Source of the DNA: Paraphysomonas bandaiensis
Lineage: Eukaryota > Protista > Chrysophyceae
Length of the DNA stretch: 64,000 nucleotides
Direction of reading: 5' to 3'
Assembly: GCA_965644295.1 (NCBI GenBank)
Contig: CBFFRP010000376.1
Span: 124,001 to 188,000 of the forward strand
Of this stretch, positions 51,253 through 61,000 are shown piece after piece. The notes beneath the pieces are model-generated. The model was not told where the DNA came from. It made no database searches and saw nothing but the letters and a program-made list of their open reading frames with translations. A program made the position numbers and the translations under genes. Each line of letters begins with the position of its first letter. The stretch's first letter is position 1.

Positions 51253-51724
51253 TATTAAAAGTGTTTTTATTTAGCAATAGGCGTGAAGAACCTGCACCAA
51301 TGTAGTGGCTAGTTGAATGCTAGACATACTAGTTAGACCTCTACCCGTAACTAATCAATACAAATTCTATTATCCTACTATTTAACGCTACGGAAGCTGC
51401 TTGTGCGTCGCCGCAAGCACCAAGGTGCGACCACTTCCGTTCTTAGTGTGTGTTATGAGGCTCGCCATGCTCGTGTGTCCTGGGACTCACCGGCGCGTGT
51501 GATCTGGAGGTTTCCCCTTGGGATGAGACTCCACTCGCTATATGACTACACATACATTGTGTGCAATTTGCCTCGGAGACTGCCTTAGGTACCTCACGGC
51601 AACCAGGGGAAGCAGTACTATACCCTGCTGAGATTGGCGATCTGGTGGCCTTCCTTTAGGCATTGTGCCAAGTGGCTCGGAGGTATGTGGATGAAGGTCT
51701 TGCAAAAGGTTATGGCCTACTGTG
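51253..51724 (-). mobile_element. Type A non-LTR 3' end (second copy)
   Basis: Reverse complement of 24397-24860 with scattered substitutions. Encodes PKGRPPD and HPKGKPPD. Confidence 0.8.
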
Positions 51725-52149
51725 CTGACGCATGAAACTGACATCTACCAAAATCTGTTACAAATTCAAGCTGACTCCAATGTCTTCCCTCCATTGTGTG
51801 CACTCGTCCAGCACATGCATCCACCTTGCACTCTTCTCCCGAGTGACTCACACTAGTAGGAAACCGTGCACCTTCCCCGCTCGGATGAAAACCTACTATA
51901 AGCAAGAATAACATAAAAGCACCACAAATGTACCTGACACTGCTTGGAGAACAGTGCCAGAGCCTTGATATAATCTCAATGACCTGGGTCAGCAGAAACC
52001 AAGACTAGGCAGCAGTAGACGTGTGAGAAGACATTACAGGTCTAATTACATCATTGCCATTGCCATGCATCCATGAGGAAAGTTTGACGCATTACCTCGT
52101 TCATTGGCCACACAGATACCGAATAATGTGAACTCATACTCAGCATCAA

Positions 52150-52516
52150 TCACTCAAAGCAAACGCAGTAAGCAAGCAGAATGTTGATATACCTGACATC
52201 TGCTGACTTCAGGTTTTTTTGAGTTCTTAAGGTGAACATCCCGGATGCTTAACTTCAGCAGGCAGCCCAATACCCCGGTTACCCTTCTGGTGGGCCCTGT
52301 CCCGGATGCCTGTTTATTCGTCAGGGCCCAAAGACGTCTACACAGGTGACACTTATTAGTGTCCCTTGTACCACACAAGCATTTGGCTATATGAGTGGGC
52401 AGAACAATATATATCTGCTGACTATAAAATATGAGGCTCACGTTAGTTTGTGAAATATCTCCGGTACTTATCCCCCAGAACACCACGAAAAGGTGCGAGC
52501 CCGACTTTGTTGAGGG
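52150..52516 (-). mobile_element. Type C retroposon, 5' two-thirds including the best HDV-like head
   Basis: Starts CCCTCAACAAAG and is colinear with 12050-12330. Confidence 0.8.
52435..52516 (-). ncRNA. Candidate HDV-like self-cleaving ribozyme (possibly decayed)
   Basis: P1 CCCUCAAC/GUUCUGGG (6 of 8 paired), P2 GGCUCGC/GUGAGCC, P3 ACC/GGU, L3 UUUUCGU, GG linker and J4/2 ACUAAC occur in canonical order. Confidence 0.5.
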
Positions 52517-52609
52517 CGGATATATATTATAACAAATGCTGCATTCATGATAATATAATATTACGAAAAATGGAGGTATAATCGACATGGGCGAGAGTTA
52601 TTTGTATAG

Positions 52610-52859
52610 TGAATGCATGTCTGATTATTAGCAATTGGCGTGTAAGAGTCAGAACTAATGTAGCAAAACAATTTAACTAACTATAGTGCTTAACTCTGAT
52701 ATCCTACTATTTGGCGCTACGAAAGTTGCTTGTGCGTGCGTTACCGCAAGCACCAAAGTTCTACCACTTTCACTCTCTGTCTTGAAGGTGTACTAGCCCG
52801 GATGCTTGGCTTCAGCAAGCAGCTCAATACCCCGGATGCCTGTTTATTCGTCAAGGCCC
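52610..52859 (-). mobile_element. Type C 3' portion with internal deletions
   Basis: Matches 11881-12040 and 12130-12160. Ends GCTAATAATCAGACATGCATTCAC on the minus strand. Confidence 0.75.
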
Positions 52860-53213
52860 GACAGAGGCAAGCGCAACCACTCCGGAAACAACTCCTCCTT
52901 ACTTGTGGCCGAAACCCCACCTCAACAACCAGCACCATCTCCACCACCGACTTGCACTCTCATATACATCTCGCCTCACCTACCCCCCACATAATCCATG
53001 GCACAGGCCCGCCAGACACATTGCCCAAAGGTAGACCCCCCGATTAACCTCACTACAAGGGACGGTTGCACCATGGTGCTCGCAGCGATGCACAAGCAGC
53101 CCCGAGACGGTTGCCCGCCACTAGTAGTATATAGCAAGTCTAGTTATTAGCTAGTCTATAGACATAAACTAGTTTCTGTACGCAACAGTACTCATGTAAT
53201 AATCAGAGATTCA
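52857..53213 (+). mobile_element. Type B non-LTR 3' end (second copy), fused head-to-head with type C
   Basis: Near-identical to 29657-30004. The junction shares CCC at 52857-52859. Confidence 0.8.
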
Positions 53214-53222
53214 TATATATAT

Positions 53223-53394
53223 ATTCGTCAAGGTCCAAAGACGTCTACACGAGTAACACATATGTACCACACAAGCATTTGGCTGTGAATGGGCAGAACA
53301 ATATCTGCTGACCATATATGCGGCTGAGAAATATCTCCGGTACTTATCCCCCAGAGAACACCACGAAAAGGTGAAAGTACGACTTTGTTGAGGG
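53223..53394 (-). mobile_element. Type C 5' fragment with degenerate HDV-like head
   Basis: Same 5' boundary CCCTCAACAAAG; ACCTTTTCGTGGT is retained. Confidence 0.75.
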
Positions 53395-53400
53395 TATCAG

Positions 53401-53527
53401 CAGGGCTAGGGAACAATATATTTCAATTATTGCAATGGTAAGGTTGGGTCGGTTTAAAAACTCCATGAATACTATTGGTTAGACGCTACCTCACAATAGT
53501 GTTGCGATATCTTGTTCCCTAGCCCTG
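53401..53527. mobile_element. 127-bp MITE with hAT-like TIRs
   Basis: CAGGGCTAGGGAACAA and TTGTTCCCTAGCCCTG form a perfect 16-bp inverted repeat, extendable to ~26 bp with 3 mismatches. No clean 8-bp TSD. Confidence 0.75.
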
Positions 53528-53530
53528 AGG

Positions 53531-53720
53531 TATATCAACATTATGCTTGCTCACTGCGTTTGCATTGAGTGATAATGGGAAAGTAGTTGCACCTTGGTCC
53601 TTGCGGCGACGCACAAGTGGTTCTCGTATATAGTGTAACATTAGCATTGGTATTTATTAGATTAATTCACTTTAGTAGCTCCTTGCTTACATGTCTACTC
53701 TAATAGCAAGACATTCAATA
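53531..53720 (+). mobile_element. Type C 3' fragment
   Basis: TGCTTGCTCACTGCGTTTGC...GTTGCACCTTGGTCCTTGCGGCGACGCACAAG...TAATAGCAAGACATTCAATA. Confidence 0.7.
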
Positions 53721-53985
53721 CATAATTATATATTATTCGCTGTCTTTAACAATGCTATTTCAATACCTATCAATAGGAGATAGGAGATGAACATGATTCG
53801 TTATTGCTAACTAGCCACAACATCCTTTGAAATATTAGATATTCACATATTATTACGGCGGTAGTAATTCATCAAATATAAAAATATAAACAGCACTTCA
53901 CAATATGTACTACTACAATATCTGTATCACTGAGTCGTAAAACAGGTCATACACAAAAAAGTGGTATATATATTACGGCAGGAGA

Positions 53986-55740
53986 TTAGCTTATCCACCG
54001 CTCCGTTGGCATATTTCTATTGACAACATTTCGTTTTCTTGTAATATGAGGATGCGGTCTTTCGTCTATTTGTGACACCTTGAAGGATTTCTTCTCCGAG
54101 CAGGAGAAAGCAGATTTTGGACGAACCTGCTCTCTGCTGAAACTGGATGGATGTGGGTCCGCTGTCAGTATTCTAGCCTTGGATATTCCCCCAATACCTG
54201 CTGAGGCCGGTCTCACCTTTACCGGACTACCTTGTTCAGCAAACAACAAGCGGCCAAAGCATCCCGCCAGCACATTTTCTGGGGAATTTCTATTTTCAGT
54301 GGCGATAGGATCGTTCTCGTCAATGTGGAGATTCATTAACTCGTCAAAACTGAAGAGGCCTGCATCATTTCCACTTTTGACATAGTCGCCAGAGTTCCCA
54401 GAGGCAACAGATAATTCATCTAGCTCATCCACAGTTAGCAGTCCATCCGTATTAATACCAAGCAGATAGCCTTCTTCGTCTGATGGTTCAACAATGCTGG
54501 AGTCAGGAAACCCTATCGCGAGGCTCTCTGTACTAGGTGCTGTATTTAAGTTAGGAGACTTCAATTGTGTTTCCTCCTCCTGCTTTGGACTCAGTCCAAC
54601 CATGGTGTCTTTCAAAGTCACTCGCCGGGAGTCTTGTCTCTTGATTTTTTCCCAGGATCTATCGCTGGCCCTCTCAGGTGTCGAGTAATAAATATCCCGA
54701 AACTCTTTTGCACATTTCTTTCGGAGGCGCCGTGGCAGTTTTGCGCTGTTCTTATTGTCCGATGTAGTTACTTCGGGCTGCTGTGGGTCGCTAGATGATC
54801 TTGCTTTCCTCCTCTTCCGCTCTTCTATCGAAGCCTTCAGCCTCGCTCTGGCCTGCAGAGACTGCATGCCGCTGCTACTCTTTATTTCCGAAGACTTGGA
54901 TTTCTTTTTGTTCGAACTATTCACTACTGGAAGTGGCTTCCCTTCGTCATTCAGAAAGGGGCTCGGAGTATTTGATGCCACCACGTATTTCTTTCCTTTC
55001 TCTATTTTACTAGTTTTTCTGTCTACGTCCGGACTCTCAGGCACCTCTGCTACGGCTCCACTCTCCTCATCATCGGATCTACAATTTATATCTGACTCCT
55101 CCATTGACACACCTTCATAGCGTAGACGACGGAGCCTTTCCATCATCTCAATATGATTACGTGGACGATTCGGGTTCAACGGAGAATGTGCAACTTCCGC
55201 CATCAAGATATCCAGATTGGGAGTGTTTTTGATCAGCATACCTGCCACTCGCGCAGCACTTTTCAACTTCGCCATGTTACCTTGTTTTTTCGTGATTGGA
55301 AAGAATTCTTTCTTCTTTACCAAAGATTGGCGATATTGCTCAACTGTGGGAATATCGAATTCTCCAGATTTCAGTTTGTGGAGGATCTTTAACTCTTGAT
55401 CGTAAACCGGCTTGGCAATATCAGAATCAAGAACCCCACTGTCTTCACCACTCTGCAATCTTCTGAAGGAAGGCCTCGACGAAAAATTCCTTTTAGAACC
55501 AGGTTTGGTGTCGTACAATTCTCTAGCCAAGTAGGCGTAGTCCTGACACTTTGTGGGGGATTTCGCTTGGTTCCATTTCGGACTGCCAAGTGGTGGAGAG
55601 GTAGGACTCAGAGATATATCTGGCGACCCTTTACGACGATATTCACCCCTCCAATGCCTATCGATTCCTCTATTGACAAGTTCTGACATGTAGTTATCAA
55701 TCAAACAGCGACAATGCCATGAAATGATACCACTAAACAC
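53986..55740 (-). CDS. Uncharacterised, largely disordered S/K/R/E-rich protein (first in-frame ATG at 55689)
   Basis: 584-codon ORF with low-complexity charged composition and RPASA/RPKSA motifs. No domain recognised. Confidence 0.7.
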   Translation of the reverse strand: MFSGIISWHCRCLIDNYMSELVNRGIDRHWRGEYRRKGSPDISLSPTSPPLGSPKWNQAKSPTKCQDYAYLARELYDTKPGSKRNFSSRPSFRRLQSGEDSGVLDSDIAKPVYDQELKILHKLKSGEFDIPTVEQYRQSLVKKKEFFPITKKQGNMAKLKSAARVAGMLIKNTPNLDILMAEVAHSPLNPNRPRNHIEMMERLRRLRYEGVSMEESDINCRSDDEESGAVAEVPESPDVDRKTSKIEKGKKYVVASNTPSPFLNDEGKPLPVVNSSNKKKSKSSEIKSSSGMQSLQARARLKASIEERKRRKARSSSDPQQPEVTTSDNKNSAKLPRRLRKKCAKEFRDIYYSTPERASDRSWEKIKRQDSRRVTLKDTMVGLSPKQEEETQLKSPNLNTAPSTESLAIGFPDSSIVEPSDEEGYLLGINTDGLLTVDELDELSVASGNSGDYVKSGNDAGLFSFDELMNLHIDENDPIATENRNSPENVLAGCFGRLLFAEQGSPVKVRPASAGIGGISKARILTADPHPSSFSREQVRPKSAFSCSEKKSFKVSQIDERPHPHITRKRNVVNRNMPTERWIS

Positions 55741-55890
55741 CTACAATACGTTCGTAAATAAGGCACTATCTGCGTGTGACGGAGTATTTGGATGGGGTAA
55801 CAGTAACTGTGTGTTGGTGTTGTAATTATGGCCACGTCACCCTGCTGCTGCAGCTGGGTCGAGTCGAGAAGGACATGTGCAGCTATACAG

Positions 55891-55940
55891 TGGTATGGTA
55901 TGGTATGGTATGGTGTAGTGTAGTGTAGTGTAGTGTAGTG
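55891..55940. repeat. Compound pentanucleotide microsatellite (TGGTA)4-TGGTG-(TAGTG)5
   Basis: Read directly from the sequence. Confidence 0.95.
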
Positions 55941-58042
55941 TGTGCCGTTTCATATTTCATATATGGGAATGAAATACAGTGGAATACAGTAACTTACACA
56001 TACATACTCTGCTGTATATACCAGTATACGCACATATATCCTGCTGGACACAGTGTGCTAATAGTTGTGGACGCAGCAGGGACAGGCAACGACAGAGTGT
56101 TATGATGGTTGCTACCACAGCATCGACGACTACAGAAACATGTTTCTCCAATGTCCATCATATATCCAGCATTAACTTCATCCAGAATGAAATCTGTGAA
56201 GCACACCACGGATCACTAATGGATGTGCATTTACAAGTTCAAACCAAAAGTGTCACCAAAGGCATCCTCAGTAGTGTACCGGATACTGTCTAAACCACAT
56301 AAGTACAGAAACATTACATAAATATTTCACTCAACCTAGCACATTTCATTAATCCATAGAATGCAGCATGTAACTTCTGCACTCCTCATTGGCGTTAATG
56401 TCTCACAAATCTTAAACTACAACATTTAAACGCTCAACTTTACGAAAAATATACATACACATTATCGTTTAATAGTCACACCATATGCTGTCTCTTTTTA
56501 CGATTCTTAATTTAATATTCTAAGAGAACTTCATATTTAGTCGACTGCTACTAAAGCTAAAAGCTATATGTATGCTGTCACCTTAATGATTACATTGATG
56601 ATGACAGTGTTAAGAATGTTATAGAAGACAATGAGGCTACCCAGCGCCAAAGAAACTGCAGCCCATAGTAAACCTGGAGAACTTCAAAACCACCCGAAAC
56701 GTGTTTACTGGCATCTACAAAACGTGTACCAACGACTAGTGCTTCGACGCACACGGAGCAAAGGTAGAAGTGTTCGTAACGCTCATGATAGAGTTATTAT
56801 GTTTCAATGCCTGAGGTATCACGGTTGCATAAGCTATACAATTATAATCACTGACATTGACAACTGCACTTTGCAACTGAGTTCATAGTATATAGCTGTG
56901 TCATCCGCCTCTGCCACTGCACCAATATAATGTGTCAGCTCCTTACGTGATAATCTTACCATCCTAAGTATCCACTATGGAAGTTTGAATGATCAGTCTA
57001 TCTCCAACCTCCGTTGATTAGTGCTTCTTTAGCTACAAAAACATATATTCTTGCCAATAAAACGTTCGGAACCTTAAGAACTATATGCGTCTAGCTATTA
57101 CTCCATGACAAACAGAAAAATTGAATTCAAGAGCAAAGAACGACCTGTCTGAAGGCAACCAAATCCGCGTAAATGTCAATAGGGACACTACGATTTCCAT
57201 TTACAGATGCCAACCTACGATACGCGAGCAGGTCGGGAATTATAGAGGTGGTATTGAATAACAGAAAATAGCAACACAGAAAAGACTAAAACTCACAGCA
57301 TCATTTGAAGCAAGTTTCTCCGCAAAATGTAAATACAAGTTCCAGCATGTCAATGAAACTCATCGTCAATCTATACAGCAGACACTGCTCTATAATAATA
57401 GCAGGGCGTTCTCTGTCACTCCGCCATCATAGTGCATGAGGTCTACAATAAAAAATTATGGGCAGGTGTTGCACTGTGAGTGCCAGTGAAGGAAAGGCAA
57501 TCGCTTGACAATTGAAGGAGGTGCTCCCTTTAGTACTTTATTCGACTGTCTTCCTTCATGTAGAAAATCCAAGAAGTAGAAATCGATTTTTGTATCATAT
57601 AAAACTCGCATTTTGTAGAATCTACGGTGTAGGTATACGCAGTAGGATTCCTACAAGTCGTACGATATGAATGAAGTCGTTAACGGTATGTGGGTATGTT
57701 GTAATAAAAAATTTGGAGTGATAAAATTTTGCTTTACACTTTTGTTGCGACATGCATATACATATACATAAACAGCGATGTAGGTATACGTATACATACA
57801 CCTGTACACGTGTATACTGCAGTCATATTAACTGAAGTTTTATAGTTAAGTCAATTTACTGGAGAAAGACTCGTGATTGATTGCGAAGTCGAAAGTATAT
57901 GCGTAATTTGTTGATTTTGGATGATTCGTCTGTGTATGTGGCGGAATGAATGAGCAATTGCATAAATTCATATGTAGAAAATGTCTGTCTCTGTCCGCTG
58001 TGTCTCTGAGTCCACATCACCGTTAGATAGTGTATATAAACA

Positions 58043-61000
58043 ATGAATAAAACAGAAGCATTACAAACGACTCTTGTTGGGATCAGCGCAGCTGTGACTA
58101 ATGAAGATTGGAGTTCTGAGTTTTTTCTGGACGGCGGAGGAGCGGCCCCGTCTCTTCGACGTATGTCCAGTCGAGCCTCTAAATACACCTCCATTAACGA
58201 TGCTGACGACGATTGGGACGATATAGACGTCGATAATGACAAGGATTTATCACTTAGTGGGGGTCCGAAGCGGCTGGATAAGTCACGCCTGAACACTTCT
58301 CGCTCTGATGATACACATGAGCTGTCGATAGAGGAGGAGGACTGGGATGATGAACTCGGGATTACAGATGAGGTTCGGGAGGGACAGGACTGTCTTGCAG
58401 ATGGACTAAGGCTTGTTATGAGTGAAACTTTAGGAATAAGTCACGGAGGGCTGTTGGATGACTTGATATTACCAGTCCCGTCAGAAGCGGATGCTGTTCA
58501 GACAACTATCCCCATTCGATGTAAAGTAGTCAACCAGCTCATTTACGGTCAGGATGATGTGAATTTAGTAATTTATCCATCATCTATTGCATTATATTCC
58601 CTCAAGCTTGATGGAGACCGTAGGCAATTAATGGCAGTAGAACTAGATGAATGGCTGCGGACCGTTGTCACGAAGCATATGAATCGGGTAGAGACTGCGA
58701 TGAAGACCAAAGATATCGCATGGCTGAATAAGATCCAGTCTAAAGAGAAGACTTTTAACAATACACTGGTCAGAGCATGGGCTGAGGTTATTCATATGCT
58801 TTTGCGCAATAAGTCGCTTGACATATGGGAAGTACTGCAAAAATTCTGCAAACTTTTGCGTCATTTCTCTCGTATGGACAAGGGGATGATGTTTCAATTC
58901 TGCGATATATCAGAAACGGAATACGGAATGATGTTTCAGCACATTCTGGATATTCTTCGTGTTACAGCTATCGTCGATACGGAAGAGGCAGTGTCCGGGA
59001 AATACACAAAAAAAGGTCCCCGTCGAGCGAACTACCATTTCCGTGTAACACTGACTGATACAATCAGTGCGAGCCCAATCAAAGCTACTAAAGGATCCCC
59101 TCCTCCTCGGCTGTTTACAGAGATGATTCGATATGCTGTGGTCATGTTTCCTGAGCACGTAGAGCACCTAGCAGTGCTTGAATTAGAGGCCGCGGCGCAC
59201 CATTGTATCGCAATGATGGAAAACCGTGTAGAGTATTCCTGGTCTCCTTCACCCTACAGCGTCTTCAAGTGCTACCTCTCCCTTTATAGGACTGTGGTGA
59301 ATTCCGATGAAGGAAGTATTGCTGCACAGAAACGACGGCGCTCTGAACCACGTGACGGAAAAACTGAGAGCAAATCACACAAACTAAATTTTCTGCGCAC
59401 AGCGATTATCTGTGATTTGTTTTTTATTCTCAACGGCTACAATCCGCTAGATGTGTCTCATCGACCACACCTTGTTGCCGCCATTGATGAACTAAAAAAC
59501 GAAACTGGAGTTGGAATGTTGGAAGGGGATGAAAGAGATGACTTTATTTCTGATAGTGATGAGAGTGCCGAGAAAACCCACTCCAGTAGTTACAACTCTG
59601 ACAGGAAACTGATATTTGATGATCGAGATATTTCTCTGAACTCTGCTAGCCGAACTGGGGATCCCAGGAGAAAAGATACCGATATCGATGCGCGTGTTCG
59701 AGAAATTATACAAAAATTTAACACCTCTGAGCACGAATCGCCCTCTGATTCACTCTCGCGATCACCTGAAAACAAGAGGCGGGGAATGAGTCGAGAAGCT
59801 TCAAATGTTAGTACTCTAAGCTTGGAGACATCGATGCGTGCGAATCGTAAGCATATACGCCAAGTATATGATCTTTTGGGTGACGAGAGCGTAAATTTCT
59901 TCGACATATTTCATATGCTAACAACCGATTTGCAAGTTTTCAAGAATATTTTAACAACGAAATATAAGAGTGTTAGTCGGAAGTCTATTTTGAAAGCCCG
60001 TGTTGCATTCGCAATGAGTGTGATGGTTCGTTTTGATAGATCTGAGGGAGAAGATCAAGATGATGTCGCGGAATCACTGCTGTTAGAATCGATTGTACTT
60101 CTAGATAAATTACATAACAGTCATTTTAATGAAATTGCCCCTCCTATCATCTCTTCATTCGCCCTAATGGCCATGGAAAAGTTTGCAGAACTTCTGATAT
60201 CCAATTCGAAGTATAAGTTTGGTGTGTCTTGTTTTGAATCTGTTGTGGCGGCACATCTGCTTGCTAACACAAAGGATGAAAAACGATTATATCGGCGCCT
60301 TACGGTTGTAGCTCAGGAGAGTGGAGACATCAAGAGATCGCTTTATTATCACTGCATCATGCTCAGAATTGCCAAAGATGAGAGCAAGTTGAACGAGTTT
60401 GTATACATTGCCGACCTGGTGAGCAAGCTTTTTCTAGATGTAGGAGAAGCGAACTTGGCGGAGCGGTGTCTTCGTGTGGTGTCTCTGTTACACACGGGAT
60501 ATCCTCTTGCATCAGTTTGCTTTGAAACTATATCATCTCATAAGTTAGAGCATAGCTTCCTCCCAACAGGGTTTGAAATTCCTTCTATTCTGCTTAACAT
60601 CGGCGAAGGTGATGGCGGGTTGGTTGGAGGACTTTGGACCAAGAGAATAAGTTCGAATGCACAATCGAGTCAGTTAGTATGTGATAGCCAACAATTCTCC
60701 GCCATATCAAAGTTAATTGATTTGTTTGTGTGTACTGATAGTCACCAAAAGGCGATTGACTTATGTTTAAGTTTGCTGAAGAGGAAACTATTTCCCCAAG
60801 GACGAATATCTGTACTACTAACGATGTCGAAGTGTTATTTAAAGCTGCGCCAGTTAACTTACTGCGAAGCGGTTTTAGATCGTATTGCATATGAATCCGA
60901 AGAAGTTGTGGGAGGTATTCTTGCTCGTACAGGAACACCATCGCTAACGCAGGCCCATCAAGTAAATTCCACTTCCCAGAACTCACCAATATCCCCAAGA

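Noticed and set aside
52154-52588. ORFs within type C copies (e.g. CLCGTRDTNKCHLCRRLWALTNKQASG)
   Set aside because: Copies differ by many frame-breaking indels. The recurring peptides simply reflect repeated non-coding DNA.
56580-57560. Possible decayed gene or TE in the long divergent spacer
   Set aside because: Only short interrupted frames, with no recognisable motif.
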